Shown here piece by piece: positions 40,008-49,189 of a stretch of DNA of 64,000 nt; the stretch's first letter is position 1; every line of letters begins with the position of its first letter. The stretch lies in contig JBMOQW010000012.1 of assembly GCA_049322515.1 (NCBI GenBank), forward strand, positions 204,023 to 268,022. Direction: 5' to 3'. The notes under the pieces were generated by a model. It saw nothing but the letters and a program-made list of their open reading frames with translations. It had not been told where the DNA came from and ran no database searches. Source of the DNA: Pseudomonadota bacterium (GTDB taxonomy: Bacteria; Pseudomonadota; Gammaproteobacteria; Burkholderiales; Thiobacillaceae). Both the position numbers and the translations under genes were made by a program.

Positions 40008-41528
40008 TCAATGGCGCGCGACGGGGATGCGGCCGATGCGGGCCCGCCATTCGCGCGGCCCGGACTCATGCACGGAATGACCCTGGCTGTCGACCGCCAC
40101 GGTGACCGGCATGTCGACCACGTCGAATTCGTAGACCGCCTCCATGCCCAGTTCCGGGAAGGCCAGCACCCGGGCGCCGTGGATCGCCTTGGCGACCAGA
40201 TAGGCGGCGCCGCCGACCGCGATGCAGTAGACCGCGCCATGGCGGGCAATCGAGGCCACGGCCTCGGGGCCGCGCTCGGCCTTGCCGACCATGCCGAAGA
40301 GGCCGACCGCCTCGCCCAGCATCAGGTCGGTGAACTTGTCCATGCGCGTCGCCGTGGTCGGTCCGGCCGGGCCGACCGCCTCGCCGGCGACCGGATCGAC
40401 CGGACCGACGTAATAGATGAAGCGGTTGCGAAAATCGACCGGCAGCGGCGCGCCCTGGGCGACCAGGTCGGCGATGCGCTTGTGCGCGGCATCGCGTCCG
40501 GTGAGCAGCTTGCCGCTCAGGAGCAGGGCATCGCCGGCCCGCCACTGGGCGATCTCGGCGCGGGTCAGGCTGTCGAGGTTGACCCGCCGGGCGCCGGCCG
40601 GGCCGTTCCAGGCAATCTGCGGCCAGGCCGAGAGCGGGGGCGGATCAAAGCGCGCCGGACCGCTGCCGTCGAGCGTGAAATGTAGGTGGCGGGTCGCCGC
40701 GCAGTTGGGAATCAGGCCGACCGGCAGTGACGCGGCATGCGTGGGATAGTCACGGATCTTCACGTCCAACACCGTGGTCAGGCCACCCAGGCCCTGGGCG
40801 CCGATGCCGAGTGCGTTGACCTTGTCGTACAGTTCCAGGCGCAATTCCTCGACCCGGTTGCTGGGTCCGCGTACCAGCAGATCCTGGATGTCGATGTCGT
40901 CGAGCAAGGCCTCCTTGGCCATCAACAAGGCCTTCTCCGGCGTGCCGCCGACGCCGATGCCGAGGATGCCGGGCGGGCACCAGCCGGCGCCCATCCCGGG
41001 CACCACGGAAAGCACCCAGTCGACCAGCGAATCGGACGGGTTCAGCACGGTGAACTTGGCCTTGTTCTCGGAGCCGCCGCCCTTGGCGGCAAGCCGGATA
41101 TCCAGGGTATCGCCCGGCACCAGCTCGACGTAGACCACCGCCGGCGTGTTGTCACGGGTGTTGCGGCGCGCGCCGGCCGGATCGGCAAGCACCGAAGCGC
41201 GCAGGGGGTTGTCGGGATGGGTGTAGGCCCGGCGTACGCCTTCGTCGATCATCGCCTGCAGGCTCAGGTCACCCTCGAAGCGGACATTCATGCCCAGCTT
41301 CACGAACACCACCGCCATGCCGGTATCCTGGCAGATCGGCCGGTGGCCTTCGGCGGCCAGGCGCGAATTGACCAGGATCTGCGCCAGGGCATCCTTGGCC
41401 GCCGGCGACTGCTCTCGTTCGTAGGCTGCGGTCACCGCGCGCACGAAATCGAGCGGGTGGTAGTAGGAGATGTACTGAAAGGCGTCGGCAATCGACTGGA
41501 TGAGGTCTTCCTGTTTGATGACGGTCAT
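40008..41528 (-). CDS. fumA: Class I (Fe-S) fumarate hydratase
   Basis: PICQDTG, KGGGSEN, GWCPP, CAATRH, GPTTATRMD. Confidence 0.93.
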   Translation of the reverse strand: MTVIKQEDLIQSIADAFQYISYYHPLDFVRAVTAAYEREQSPAAKDALAQILVNSRLAAEGHRPICQDTGMAVVFVKLGMNVRFEGDLSLQAMIDEGVRRAYTHPDNPLRASVLADPAGARRNTRDNTPAVVYVELVPGDTLDIRLAAKGGGSENKAKFTVLNPSDSLVDWVLSVVPGMGAGWCPPGILGIGVGGTPEKALLMAKEALLDDIDIQDLLVRGPSNRVEELRLELYDKVNALGIGAQGLGGLTTVLDVKIRDYPTHAASLPVGLIPNCAATRHLHFTLDGSGPARFDPPPLSAWPQIAWNGPAGARRVNLDSLTRAEIAQWRAGDALLLSGKLLTGRDAAHKRIADLVAQGAPLPVDFRNRFIYYVGPVDPVAGEAVGPAGPTTATRMDKFTDLMLGEAVGLFGMVGKAERGPEAVASIARHGAVYCIAVGGAAYLVAKAIHGARVLAFPELGMEAVYEFDVVDMPVTVAVDSQGHSVHESGPREWRARIGRIPVARH

Positions 41529-41659
41529 GTCCGCTCCATTCGATCAGGATGGAAAGAGGGCTTCTCCAGCAACTCGAACTCCGCACTCATGCAAGTCACC
41601 GCTCGGCCCGACAGCAAAATGCGATCGCCCTTGAGTTCGCGAATCAGGTGAACGCCCAT
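41525..41659 (-). pseudogene. 44-codon remnant resembling the C-terminus of a PhzF-family protein
   Basis: MGVHLIRELKGDRILLSGRAVTCMSAEFEL resembles the PhzF end G..L.CEL.GDRV.I.G.AV; overlaps the vapC stop and the fumarase start. Confidence 0.55.
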
Positions 41660-42075
41660 CAAGCCACATTCCACGGGTTGATCACCTCCAGTCCCGCGAC
41701 ATCGAAATCAGCCACATTGCGGGTGACCAGACGGAGGTCATGTGTCATCGCAGTCGCAGCCAGCAGGCTGTCCACAGCCGGCAATGAACGCGGTGACTCA
41801 GCGAGCAGGCGTCCCCATCGCTCAGCCACCAAGGCGGTTACTGGCAACAATCGGTCTTCAAACCAGTCGGGCAGCGATTGCTCCAGCCAGAGGCGTACAA
41901 GCTCGCGTCGTCCTCCGGTCGGCATTCTTTCGATGCCCTTCCGTATCTCACCCAGGCTCAATACACTCAGGTAGAGGGCGCGGTCCGGCACCTCCCGGAA
42001 CCAGGCCAGGACTTGACTGGCCGGCTGTGGGCGGACCAGTTCCGAGATGACGTTGGTGTCGAGCAGATAGCTCAC
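41659..42075 (-). CDS. vapC: VapC (PIN-domain) toxin
   Basis: YLLDTNVISE, GEIRKG, DSLLAATA, LVTRNVADF. Confidence 0.93.
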   Translation of the reverse strand: MSYLLDTNVISELVRPQPASQVLAWFREVPDRALYLSVLSLGEIRKGIERMPTGGRRELVRLWLEQSLPDWFEDRLLPVTALVAERWGRLLAESPRSLPAVDSLLAATAMTHDLRLVTRNVADFDVAGLEVINPWNVA

Positions 42076-42320
42076 AACGCGATCTCACGTACCGGCGAGG
42101 GGTCTCGGTCGATGGTCAGATCGATCCCCACCAGCGGGGACTGCCGGAGAAAGTCAACCAGCCCCGGCTTGCGGACAGCCAGCCGCGCATAGTCTTCTGC
42201 GGATAGCACGACCGCAGCCGGGCGTCCGCGCAGGGTGATTTCCTGTGGCCCCTCACTGACGGCAGACTTCACCACCTCACTGAAGCGAGCCTTGGCCTCT
42301 TGTAGTTGCCACCGATGCAT
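42072..42320 (-). CDS. Phd/YefM-family antitoxin
   Basis: WQLQEAKARFSEVV, GPQEIT.RG; GGAGG RBS; overlaps vapC by 4 nt. Confidence 0.9.
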   Translation of the reverse strand: MHRWQLQEAKARFSEVVKSAVSEGPQEITLRGRPAAVVLSAEDYARLAVRKPGLVDFLRQSPLVGIDLTIDRDPSPVREIAL

Positions 42321-42334
42321 CGGCGCCTCCATGA

Positions 42335-42380
42335 TAGTCAGACTAGTCAGATCCTAGTCCCGTCGCCCTGGAGGCGTCAA
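42335..42380 (-). promoter_or_regulatory. TA promoter and autorepression operator
   Basis: TTGACG-N18-TAGGAT; repeats TAGTCAGA-C-TAGTCAGA..TAGTC overlapping the -10/+1 region. Confidence 0.6.
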
Positions 42381-42384
42381 CGCC

Positions 42385-44430
42385 TTACTGCTCGTCCTCC
42401 ACCGGCTTGAACTGCGCCGCGAGTTGCTGCTGCACCGGGGGCGGCACCTGCTCGTAGTGGGACAGTTCCAGCGTGTAGGAGCCCTGGCCGCCGGTGAGTG
42501 CCTTGAGGCGCTGCTGGAAGTTGTCCAGCTCGGCCAGCGGCACCTGGCCCTCCAGCACCATCATGCCGCCGCGCCCGGCCTGGTTGCCGGTGATCTGGCC
42601 GCGCCGGCCGGAGAGATCGCCACTGACATCGCCGAAATAGGCTTCGGGTACGGTCAGTTCGATGTTGACGATCGGTTCCAGGACGATCGGCTTGGCCTTG
42701 GCCATGGCATCCTGGAAAGCCTTCTTGCCGGCGGTGACGAAGGCGATTTCCTTGCCGTCGACCGGATGGGTCTTGCCGTCATACACGGTCACCCGGATGT
42801 CCTGGAGCGGGAAACCGGCCGCCGCGCCGAGGCCCATGGCCTGGCGCACGCCCTTTTCCACGGCCGGGATGAAGGTGCCGGGGATGACCCCGCCCTTGAC
42901 CGCGTCGACGAACTCGAAGCCGGCGCCACGTTCCATCGGCTCGACCCGCAGGTAGACCTCGCCAAACTGGCCGGCGCCGCCGGACTGTTTCTTGTGCCGG
43001 TGGTGGCCCTCGGCCGGGGCCAGGATGGTTTCCCGGTAGGGGATGGTGGGCGGATGGGTGTCGACCTCCAGGCGGAACTGCTCGCGCATCTTCTCGAGGA
43101 CGTTGGCCAGGTGCATCTCGCCCAGGCCGCGAATCACCGCCTCGTGGGTGGTGGCGTCGTGCTCGACGTGCAGGCCGGGATCCTCGGCCACCAGCTTGTG
43201 CAGCACTTCGGCGAGCTTCGAGGCATCGGCCTGCTTCTTGGGCCGCACCGCGAGACCGAACACGGCGTGCGGGAACTCGAGCGGTCGCATGTGGATGTGG
43301 TCGTCCTCGGGCGCGTCGTGCAGCACGGCATCGAAGCCAAGGTCGTCGATCTTGGTGATGGCGCAGATGTCGCCCGGCACGGCGGCCTCGATCTCGGTCA
43401 GCTGCTTGCCTTGCAGGCGGTACAGGTGGCCGACCTTGAACGGCTTGCGGCTTTCGCCGATGTACAGCTGGCTGTTCGGCGTGACCGTGCCCTGGTGCAC
43501 GCGCACCACGCAGATCTTGCCGACGTAGGGGTCCATCTCGACCTTGAAGACATGCGCGATGACATGCTTGGCCGGGTCCGGCTCGGAATGGAACGGCACC
43601 GCCGCCTCGCCCTCGCCCTTGACGAACAGGGGTGGGTTGCCCTCGGTCGGATTGGGCAGCAGCTTGACCATGACATCGATCAGCTCGGCCACGCCGGCCC
43701 CGGTCTGCGCCGAGACGAAGCACACCGGCACCAGATGGCCCTCGCGCAAGGCCTGCTCGAAGGGGGCGTGGAGTTGCTCGGGCTTCACTTCGCCCTGCTC
43801 CAGGTAGACGTTCATCAAGGCCTCGTCGACCTCGACCACCTGGTCGACCAGGGCACGATGGGCGTCGGCCACCGAGGAAAAATCGGACTCGCCACCCGGA
43901 TTGAAGAAACAGTCGGTCACCTGGCTGCCGCCGGCTGCCGGCAGGTTGATCGGCAGGCATTCGCGGCCGAAGGCGGCTTGCAGCTCGGCCAGCAGACCGG
44001 GCAGATCGACGCCCGGGGCATCGATCTTGTTGACCACGAGGATGCGGTCGAGCTTGCGCGTCTGCGCCCAGTGCATCATCCGGCTGGCGGTCAGCTCGAT
44101 GCCCTTCTGGGCGTCGATCACCACGGCCACGGTCTCCACCGCGTCCAGGGCGCACATCGCCTGGCCCATGAAATCGGGGTAGCCCGGCGTATCGAGCAGG
44201 TGCACCCGGGTGTCGCCGCTGTCCAGGTGGGCCACCGCCAGCTTCATGGAATGCAGGTGCTCCTTCTCGAGCGTATCGTAATCGCACACGGTGCTGCCCT
44301 TGGCCACGCTGCCCGGGGCGGTGAGGGCGCCGGACTGGGCGAGCAGGGCTTCGATCAGGGTGGTCTTGCCGGCACCACCATGGCCGACGAAAGCGAGGGT
44401 ACGGAGGTTGGCGGGGGTCAGGTTGGACAT
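42385..44430 (-). CDS. Elongation factor G paralogue (EF-G II type)
   Basis: GHGGAGKTT, DTPGYPDF, NKID, KQSGGAGQF; G2 motif divergent (HLHSM). Confidence 0.88.
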   Translation of the reverse strand: MSNLTPANLRTLAFVGHGGAGKTTLIEALLAQSGALTAPGSVAKGSTVCDYDTLEKEHLHSMKLAVAHLDSGDTRVHLLDTPGYPDFMGQAMCALDAVETVAVVIDAQKGIELTASRMMHWAQTRKLDRILVVNKIDAPGVDLPGLLAELQAAFGRECLPINLPAAGGSQVTDCFFNPGGESDFSSVADAHRALVDQVVEVDEALMNVYLEQGEVKPEQLHAPFEQALREGHLVPVCFVSAQTGAGVAELIDVMVKLLPNPTEGNPPLFVKGEGEAAVPFHSEPDPAKHVIAHVFKVEMDPYVGKICVVRVHQGTVTPNSQLYIGESRKPFKVGHLYRLQGKQLTEIEAAVPGDICAITKIDDLGFDAVLHDAPEDDHIHMRPLEFPHAVFGLAVRPKKQADASKLAEVLHKLVAEDPGLHVEHDATTHEAVIRGLGEMHLANVLEKMREQFRLEVDTHPPTIPYRETILAPAEGHHRHKKQSGGAGQFGEVYLRVEPMERGAGFEFVDAVKGGVIPGTFIPAVEKGVRQAMGLGAAAGFPLQDIRVTVYDGKTHPVDGKEIAFVTAGKKAFQDAMAKAKPIVLEPIVNIELTVPEAYFGDVSGDLSGRRGQITGNQAGRGGMMVLEGQVPLAELDNFQQRLKALTGGQGSYTLELSHYEQVPPPVQQQLAAQFKPVEDEQ

Positions 44431-44586
44431 GGTGTACTTTCTAGCGGGCTGTTGAAGCGGTTTTCGCGCAGTATAGGTAGGCGGCCGGGCGGCTTCAACG
44501 GACATAAACATCTTCAATGGCCCCGCACGCCGGACGCTTACCCTATGATGACGGCCTTTGCACCCCATCTTACGGGAGAGTTCGTC

Positions 44587-45168
44587 ATGGCAGCCTTCCT
44601 GGTATTGGTTCTGGGCGCGATCCTGCTGGCCCTGATCTACGGCATTTCCATCTACAACCATCTGGTCCAGCTCAAGCACAACGTCAGCGCTGCCTGGTCG
44701 AACATCGACGTGCTGCTCAAGCAGCGCCACGACGAATTGCCCAAGCTGGTGGAAACCGCGCGTCAGTACAAGGAATTTGAGCAGGCCACCCTGGAGCGGG
44801 TGACCCAGGCGCGCAGCCAGGTGCAGCAGGCCCGGGAAAGCCACGACCTGGGCGCCTTGGGCATCGCGGAAACCGCGCTGCGCGCGGGCCTTGGCCAGCT
44901 GTTCGCGGTGGTCGAGGCCTATCCCGACCTGAAGGCCAACGAACACTTCATGCAACTGCTGAAACGCGTGTCCGGCCTGGAGGACGCCATCGCCGACCGG
45001 CGCGAGCTGTATAACGACAGCGTCAACATCAACAACGTCAAGGTCGAGCAGTTTCCGAACAATGTCATCGCCGGCATGTTCCGCTTCGGCAAGGCGCAAT
45101 TGTTGCGCTTCAGCGAGGCGGAAAAGGCCGATGTCGATTTCAAGGCCCTGTTCGGCGGCCAGGGCTGA
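44587..45168 (+). CDS. lemA: LemA family protein
   Basis: YNHLV, AWSNIDVLLKQRHD, EAYPDLKAN, FPNN. Confidence 0.92.
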   Translation: MAAFLVLVLGAILLALIYGISIYNHLVQLKHNVSAAWSNIDVLLKQRHDELPKLVETARQYKEFEQATLERVTQARSQVQQARESHDLGALGIAETALRAGLGQLFAVVEAYPDLKANEHFMQLLKRVSGLEDAIADRRELYNDSVNINNVKVEQFPNNVIAGMFRFGKAQLLRFSEAEKADVDFKALFGGQG

Positions 45169-45180
45169 CCGCCTGGCCCC

Positions 45181-46071
45181 ATGCTCGCCTCACTGACCCG
45201 CCACGGGCGGGACTGGCTGTCCGGCGGCGGCTACCTGATGCTGCTCCTGGCCGGCCTGCACTGGCAGACGGCTGCGGTCTGGTCGATGTTGCTGACGGTG
45301 CTGTTCGTCCTCGCCCTGCTCGCCTGGCGGGCCAATCTGGCCCGCCTGCGCGCGGTGGCCGACACGCCGACCTCGCGCATCGCCTCGGCGGCCCAGGGCT
45401 ACGTCGAACTGATCGGCCAGGCCCTGGCCGATCCCCACCACACCGTCTACAGCCCCGGCCATCACTTGCCCTGCCTCTGGTACCGGTATCGGCATTACAC
45501 CCGGGAGGACAATCGCTGGCGGCAAACCGAATCGGGCGAAAGCGATGCCCCGTTCCAGCTCGACGATGGCAGCGGTCGCTGTGTGATCGAGCCGGCCGGC
45601 GCCGAAATCCAGGTGCAGCGCAAGGAAACCCTGACCCAGGGCGATTCCAGGCTGGAGGAAGAACTCCTCCTGGCCGGCGAGCGCCTCTATGTGCTGGGCG
45701 ATTTCGCCACCCTGAGCGCCCACGCCAGCCACGATGAACGGCGCGCGGTGGGCGAACTGCTGGCTGACTGGAAGGACGACCCGGCCAGCCTGCACGACCG
45801 TTTCGACCTCGACCGGAACGGCCAGATCGACGACCAGGAATGGCAGTTGGCCCGTCAGGCCGCACACCGGCAAATCGCGCAGGAACGCCAGGCCGCGCTG
45901 TCCGCACCGCCCACCCACGTCGTCACCCGGCCCCGTCACGGCCGGCCATTCCTGATCTCCACCCACCCGCCGGAATCCCTGACCGGCCGCTACCGCCTGG
46001 TCACCTGGCTGCACGGCCTGGCCGCCTGCGGCAGCCTGGCCGGCCTCGCCTTCGCCGTGTCCCTGCTCTGA
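45181..46071 (+). CDS. Membrane protein with GIDE-like domain and EF-hand loop
   Basis: DTPTSRIASAAQGYVELIG, F.LDDGSG, DLDRNGQIDDQEW. Confidence 0.7.
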   Translation: MLASLTRHGRDWLSGGGYLMLLLAGLHWQTAAVWSMLLTVLFVLALLAWRANLARLRAVADTPTSRIASAAQGYVELIGQALADPHHTVYSPGHHLPCLWYRYRHYTREDNRWRQTESGESDAPFQLDDGSGRCVIEPAGAEIQVQRKETLTQGDSRLEEELLLAGERLYVLGDFATLSAHASHDERRAVGELLADWKDDPASLHDRFDLDRNGQIDDQEWQLARQAAHRQIAQERQAALSAPPTHVVTRPRHGRPFLISTHPPESLTGRYRLVTWLHGLAACGSLAGLAFAVSLL

Positions 46072-46086
46072 CCTGGCGGCTTGCTT

Positions 46087-46106
46087 ATATCTATTTTGGC
46101 GCATAT
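46087..46106. promoter_or_regulatory. Putative ArsR operator 1
   Basis: ATAT-N12-ATAT directly upstream of arsR, same geometry as operator 2. Confidence 0.5.
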
Positions 46107-46117
46107 TATTGCGCGCC

Positions 46118-46459
46118 ATGGAACCCCAGGCCTTGTTCGACACCCTGTCCGACGCCACCCGCCGGCGCATCCTGACCCTGCTGCACCACCAAGGCGAGCT
46201 GTGTGTCTGTGAACTGGTTGCCGCGCTCAACCTGCCACAACCCAAGATTTCCCGGCATCTCGCGGTGATGCGCGAATCTGGTTTGCTGGCCATGCGTCGA
46301 GAGGGCACCTGGATCTTCTACCGGCTCAGCCCGAGCTTGCCATTGTGGGCTTACCGGATCGCCGAAATCGTCAGCCGCGACGCTCCCGAGGCGGACATCG
46401 ACCAGGACGCCGCGCGCCTGGCCGGCATGGCCGACCGGCCGAACCGGTGTTGCGCATGA
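46118..46459 (+). CDS. arsR: ArsR/SmtB family metalloregulator
   Basis: GELCVCEL, QPKISRHLA, C-terminal CC. Confidence 0.92.
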   Translation: MEPQALFDTLSDATRRRILTLLHHQGELCVCELVAALNLPQPKISRHLAVMRESGLLAMRREGTWIFYRLSPSLPLWAYRIAEIVSRDAPEADIDQDAARLAGMADRPNRCCA

Positions 46460-46480
46460 ATATTCGTTGTAACGTATATT
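46459..46480. promoter_or_regulatory. Putative ArsR operator 2
   Basis: Palindrome AATATTCGTT-GT-AACGTATATT upstream of arsC. Confidence 0.6.
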
Positions 46481-46540
46481 TAACAACACACCTTGGCATT
46501 CGAGGCTAGACTCCGTAGCCTCACCCGACCGGAGACCGCC

Positions 46541-47059
46541 ATGACCGACACCGCACCGCTCAACGTCCTCTTTCTCTGCACCGGAAACTCGGCGCGCAGC
46601 ATCATCGCCGAGGCGATCCTCAACCATCCGATGATCAGCCAGGGGCGCTTCCGGGCGTTCTCGGCAGGCAGCCACCCGACCGGCCAGGTCAATCCGCTGG
46701 CACTCGAGCTGCTGGCCAAGAACCACCTGCCCACCGAGGGACTGCGCAGCAAGAACTGGGAGGAGTTTGCCGCGCCCGGCGCGCCGGCACTCGACTTCGT
46801 CTTCACGGTATGCGACAACGCCGCCGGCGAGGTCTGCCCGGTGTGGCCTGGCCAGCCGATGACCGCGCACTGGGGGGTGCCCGACCCGGCCGCCGTCGAG
46901 GGCAGTGACGAAGACAAGCACAAGGCCTTCTTCCAGACCTGGAATTTCCTCTACAACCGCATCTCCTTGTTTGCCAACCTGCCGTTCAGCAAGCTCGACA
47001 AGCTAACCCTGCAGACCCGCCTCAAGGAAATCGGCAAGGCCCGGCCGGAGAACGCATGA
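46541..47059 (+). CDS. arsC: Arsenate reductase (LMW-PTP fold)
   Basis: CTGNSARS, TVCDNAAGEVCPVWPG, HWGVPDP. Confidence 0.92.
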   Translation: MTDTAPLNVLFLCTGNSARSIIAEAILNHPMISQGRFRAFSAGSHPTGQVNPLALELLAKNHLPTEGLRSKNWEEFAAPGAPALDFVFTVCDNAAGEVCPVWPGQPMTAHWGVPDPAAVEGSDEDKHKAFFQTWNFLYNRISLFANLPFSKLDKLTLQTRLKEIGKARPENA

Positions 47060-47754
47060 GTCGCGCCCGCAGACTGGTCGCCGAAGGGCTCGGCACCGCC
47101 CTGCTGCTGGCCATCGTGATCGGCTCGGGCATCATGGCCGAGCGCCTGGCCGGTGGCAACGTGGCCATCGCCCTGCTCGGCAACACCTTGTCCACCGGGG
47201 CCGGCCTGATCGTGCTGATCCTGGTGTTCGGACCGGTCTCGGGCGCCCACTTCAACCCGGCGGTGACCCTGGCCGATGCCTGGCAGGGGGGCCTGCCCTG
47301 GCGCGAGGTGCCCGGCTACCTGCTCGCCCAGGTGACCGGCGCCTTCGCCGGCGTCGCCATCGCCCACCTGATGTTCGGCGAGCCGCTGTTTTTCGCCTCC
47401 GGGCACGAACGCAGCGGCGCCGCCCAGGGCTTCAGCGAGTTCATCGCCACCTTCGGTCTGCTCGCGACCATCTGGGGCTGCCTGCGCTCCCGGCCCAACG
47501 TGGTGCCGTTCGCGGTCGGCCTGTACATCACCTCGGCGTATTGGTTCACCGCCTCGACCTCGTTCGCCAACCCGGCGGTCACCCTGGCACGTGCCGCCAG
47601 CGACACATTCGCCGGCATCCGCCCGGTCGACGCCCCCCTGTTCATCATTGCCCAGTTGCTGGGCGCCTTCGCCGCCACGGCCCTGTTCCGCTGGCTCACC
47701 CCCCACCTGCCGGCCGACGAAGTCGTCGTGCCCCACCCGGATAACGCGCCATGA
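47056..47754 (+). CDS. MIP/aquaglyceroporin (AqpS-like arsenite channel)
   Basis: Two NPA motifs (HFNPAVT, FANPAVT), AYWFTASTSF; ars context. Confidence 0.9.
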   Translation: MSRARRLVAEGLGTALLLAIVIGSGIMAERLAGGNVAIALLGNTLSTGAGLIVLILVFGPVSGAHFNPAVTLADAWQGGLPWREVPGYLLAQVTGAFAGVAIAHLMFGEPLFFASGHERSGAAQGFSEFIATFGLLATIWGCLRSRPNVVPFAVGLYITSAYWFTASTSFANPAVTLARAASDTFAGIRPVDAPLFIIAQLLGAFAATALFRWLTPHLPADEVVVPHPDNAP

Positions 47755-48167
47755 CCGAAACACTGCCCACCGTCCTGATCCTCTGCACCGGAAACTCCTG
47801 CCGCTCGCAAATGGCTGAAGTGCTGGTCAACCACGACCTGGCCGGCCGCGCCCGCGCGCTCTCGGCCGGCACCAAGCCCCAGCCCAAGGTCGCCGACGGC
47901 GCCATCGCCGCGCTCAAGGAGGCCGGCCTGGCCACCGACGGCCTGTATCCCAAGGATGTCGACGCGGTGATGAACGAGGCCATCGACCTGGTGGTCACCG
48001 TGTGCGACAACGCCAAGGAGACCTGTCCGATCTTCCCGCGTCCGGTCCCGAGCATCCATCTGCCCTTCCACGACCCCCACGGCGAGCCGCTGGACAGCTT
48101 CCTCACCGTGCGTGACGACATCCGTGCCCGCCTGATTCCGGCGGTCAGGGAGGCGCTCAAGCTGTAA
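47751..48167 (+). CDS. arsC: Second arsenate reductase (LMW-PTP fold)
   Basis: CTGNSCRSQMAE, TVCDNAKETCPIFP. Confidence 0.9.
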   Translation: MTETLPTVLILCTGNSCRSQMAEVLVNHDLAGRARALSAGTKPQPKVADGAIAALKEAGLATDGLYPKDVDAVMNEAIDLVVTVCDNAKETCPIFPRPVPSIHLPFHDPHGEPLDSFLTVRDDIRARLIPAVREALKL

Positions 48168-48199
48168 CATTCGGCTTTCCCTATTCGCTGAGAGCCGCC

Positions 48200-49123
48200 A
48201 TGACCGCACTCCGTCTGTTGTTCGCCAGCCTGGTCCTGGCCGCGTTTCCGGCCCTGGCCGATGCCTTGCCCAAGGCCGAGCAGGTGGTCGACCAGGTCTA
48301 CGCGATCATCGGCCCGCTCGGCCAGCGCAGCGCCGACAACGACGGCCTGAATGCCAACTACGGCTTCGTGGTGACGCCCGAAGGCGTCATCCTGATCGAC
48401 TCGGGTGCCAGCCGGCTGGGCGCCGAGAAGCTGGCCAAGGCGGTGGCCCAGGTGACCGACCAGCCGGTGCGCTGGGTGATCAACACCGGTAGCCAGGACC
48501 ATCGCTGGCTGGGCAATGCCACCTTTGCCGAGCAAGGCGCGGAGATCATCGCCCTCGAACGCACCGCCGCGACGCAGGCGCAGTTCGCCGAGCAGCACCT
48601 GCAGACCCTGGCCCGCTTTCTCGGTGACCGCCTGGCCGGCACCGTCGCAATGCCGGCCAGGCGCACCCTGACGGGCACCGAGGCCCGGCTCGAACTGGGT
48701 GGAGAAACGCTGGTGCTGCGCTATACCGACGCCCATTTCCCAGGCGATGCCTGGGTCTGGCTGCCGAAACGCAACGTCGTCTTCACTGGCGACCTGGTCT
48801 ACGTCGACCGTCTCCTCGGCGTGCTGCCCTGGTCGAGCGTCAAGAAGGCTCAGAAGGCCGGGCACGCCCTGGTCGAACTCAACCCGAAGCATGTCGTGCC
48901 CGGCCATGGCCGGGTCACCGATCTGGCCCAGGCCAAGCGCGAGTCGTTCGACTACGAGGACTTTCTCGCCCACGTCATCGGCCAGGCCGCCCGCGACATG
49001 GAATCGTTGCCCGACACCCTGGCCAAGTACGCCGACCTGCCGCAGTTCAAGCATCTGCAGAACTACGACGACTTGCACAAGGCCAACATGAGCCGGGCGT
49101 TCACGGAGTTCGAGGCGGAGTGA
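48200..49123 (+). CDS. Periplasmic MBL-fold metallohydrolase (SoxH-like)
   Basis: Signal peptide; NTGSQDHRWLGN variant of HxHxDH, AHFPGD, FTGDLV, VPGHG. Confidence 0.8.
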   Translation: MTALRLLFASLVLAAFPALADALPKAEQVVDQVYAIIGPLGQRSADNDGLNANYGFVVTPEGVILIDSGASRLGAEKLAKAVAQVTDQPVRWVINTGSQDHRWLGNATFAEQGAEIIALERTAATQAQFAEQHLQTLARFLGDRLAGTVAMPARRTLTGTEARLELGGETLVLRYTDAHFPGDAWVWLPKRNVVFTGDLVYVDRLLGVLPWSSVKKAQKAGHALVELNPKHVVPGHGRVTDLAQAKRESFDYEDFLAHVIGQAARDMESLPDTLAKYADLPQFKHLQNYDDLHKANMSRAFTEFEAE

Positions 49124-49189
49124 ACACGCAGCGCGCCGGCTGCCCTCTCCCACGCTGCCGCGCCCCCCTTCCCCCCGAGGGGAGAGGGC

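Noticed and set aside
42385-45099. 904-aa EF-G with an N-terminal extension
   Set aside because: The extension is the antisense of lemA; the G domain begins at ATG 44430
46097-46113. sigma54 promoter before arsR (TGGCGC...TTGC)
   Set aside because: Spacing between the GG and GC elements is off by one nucleotide
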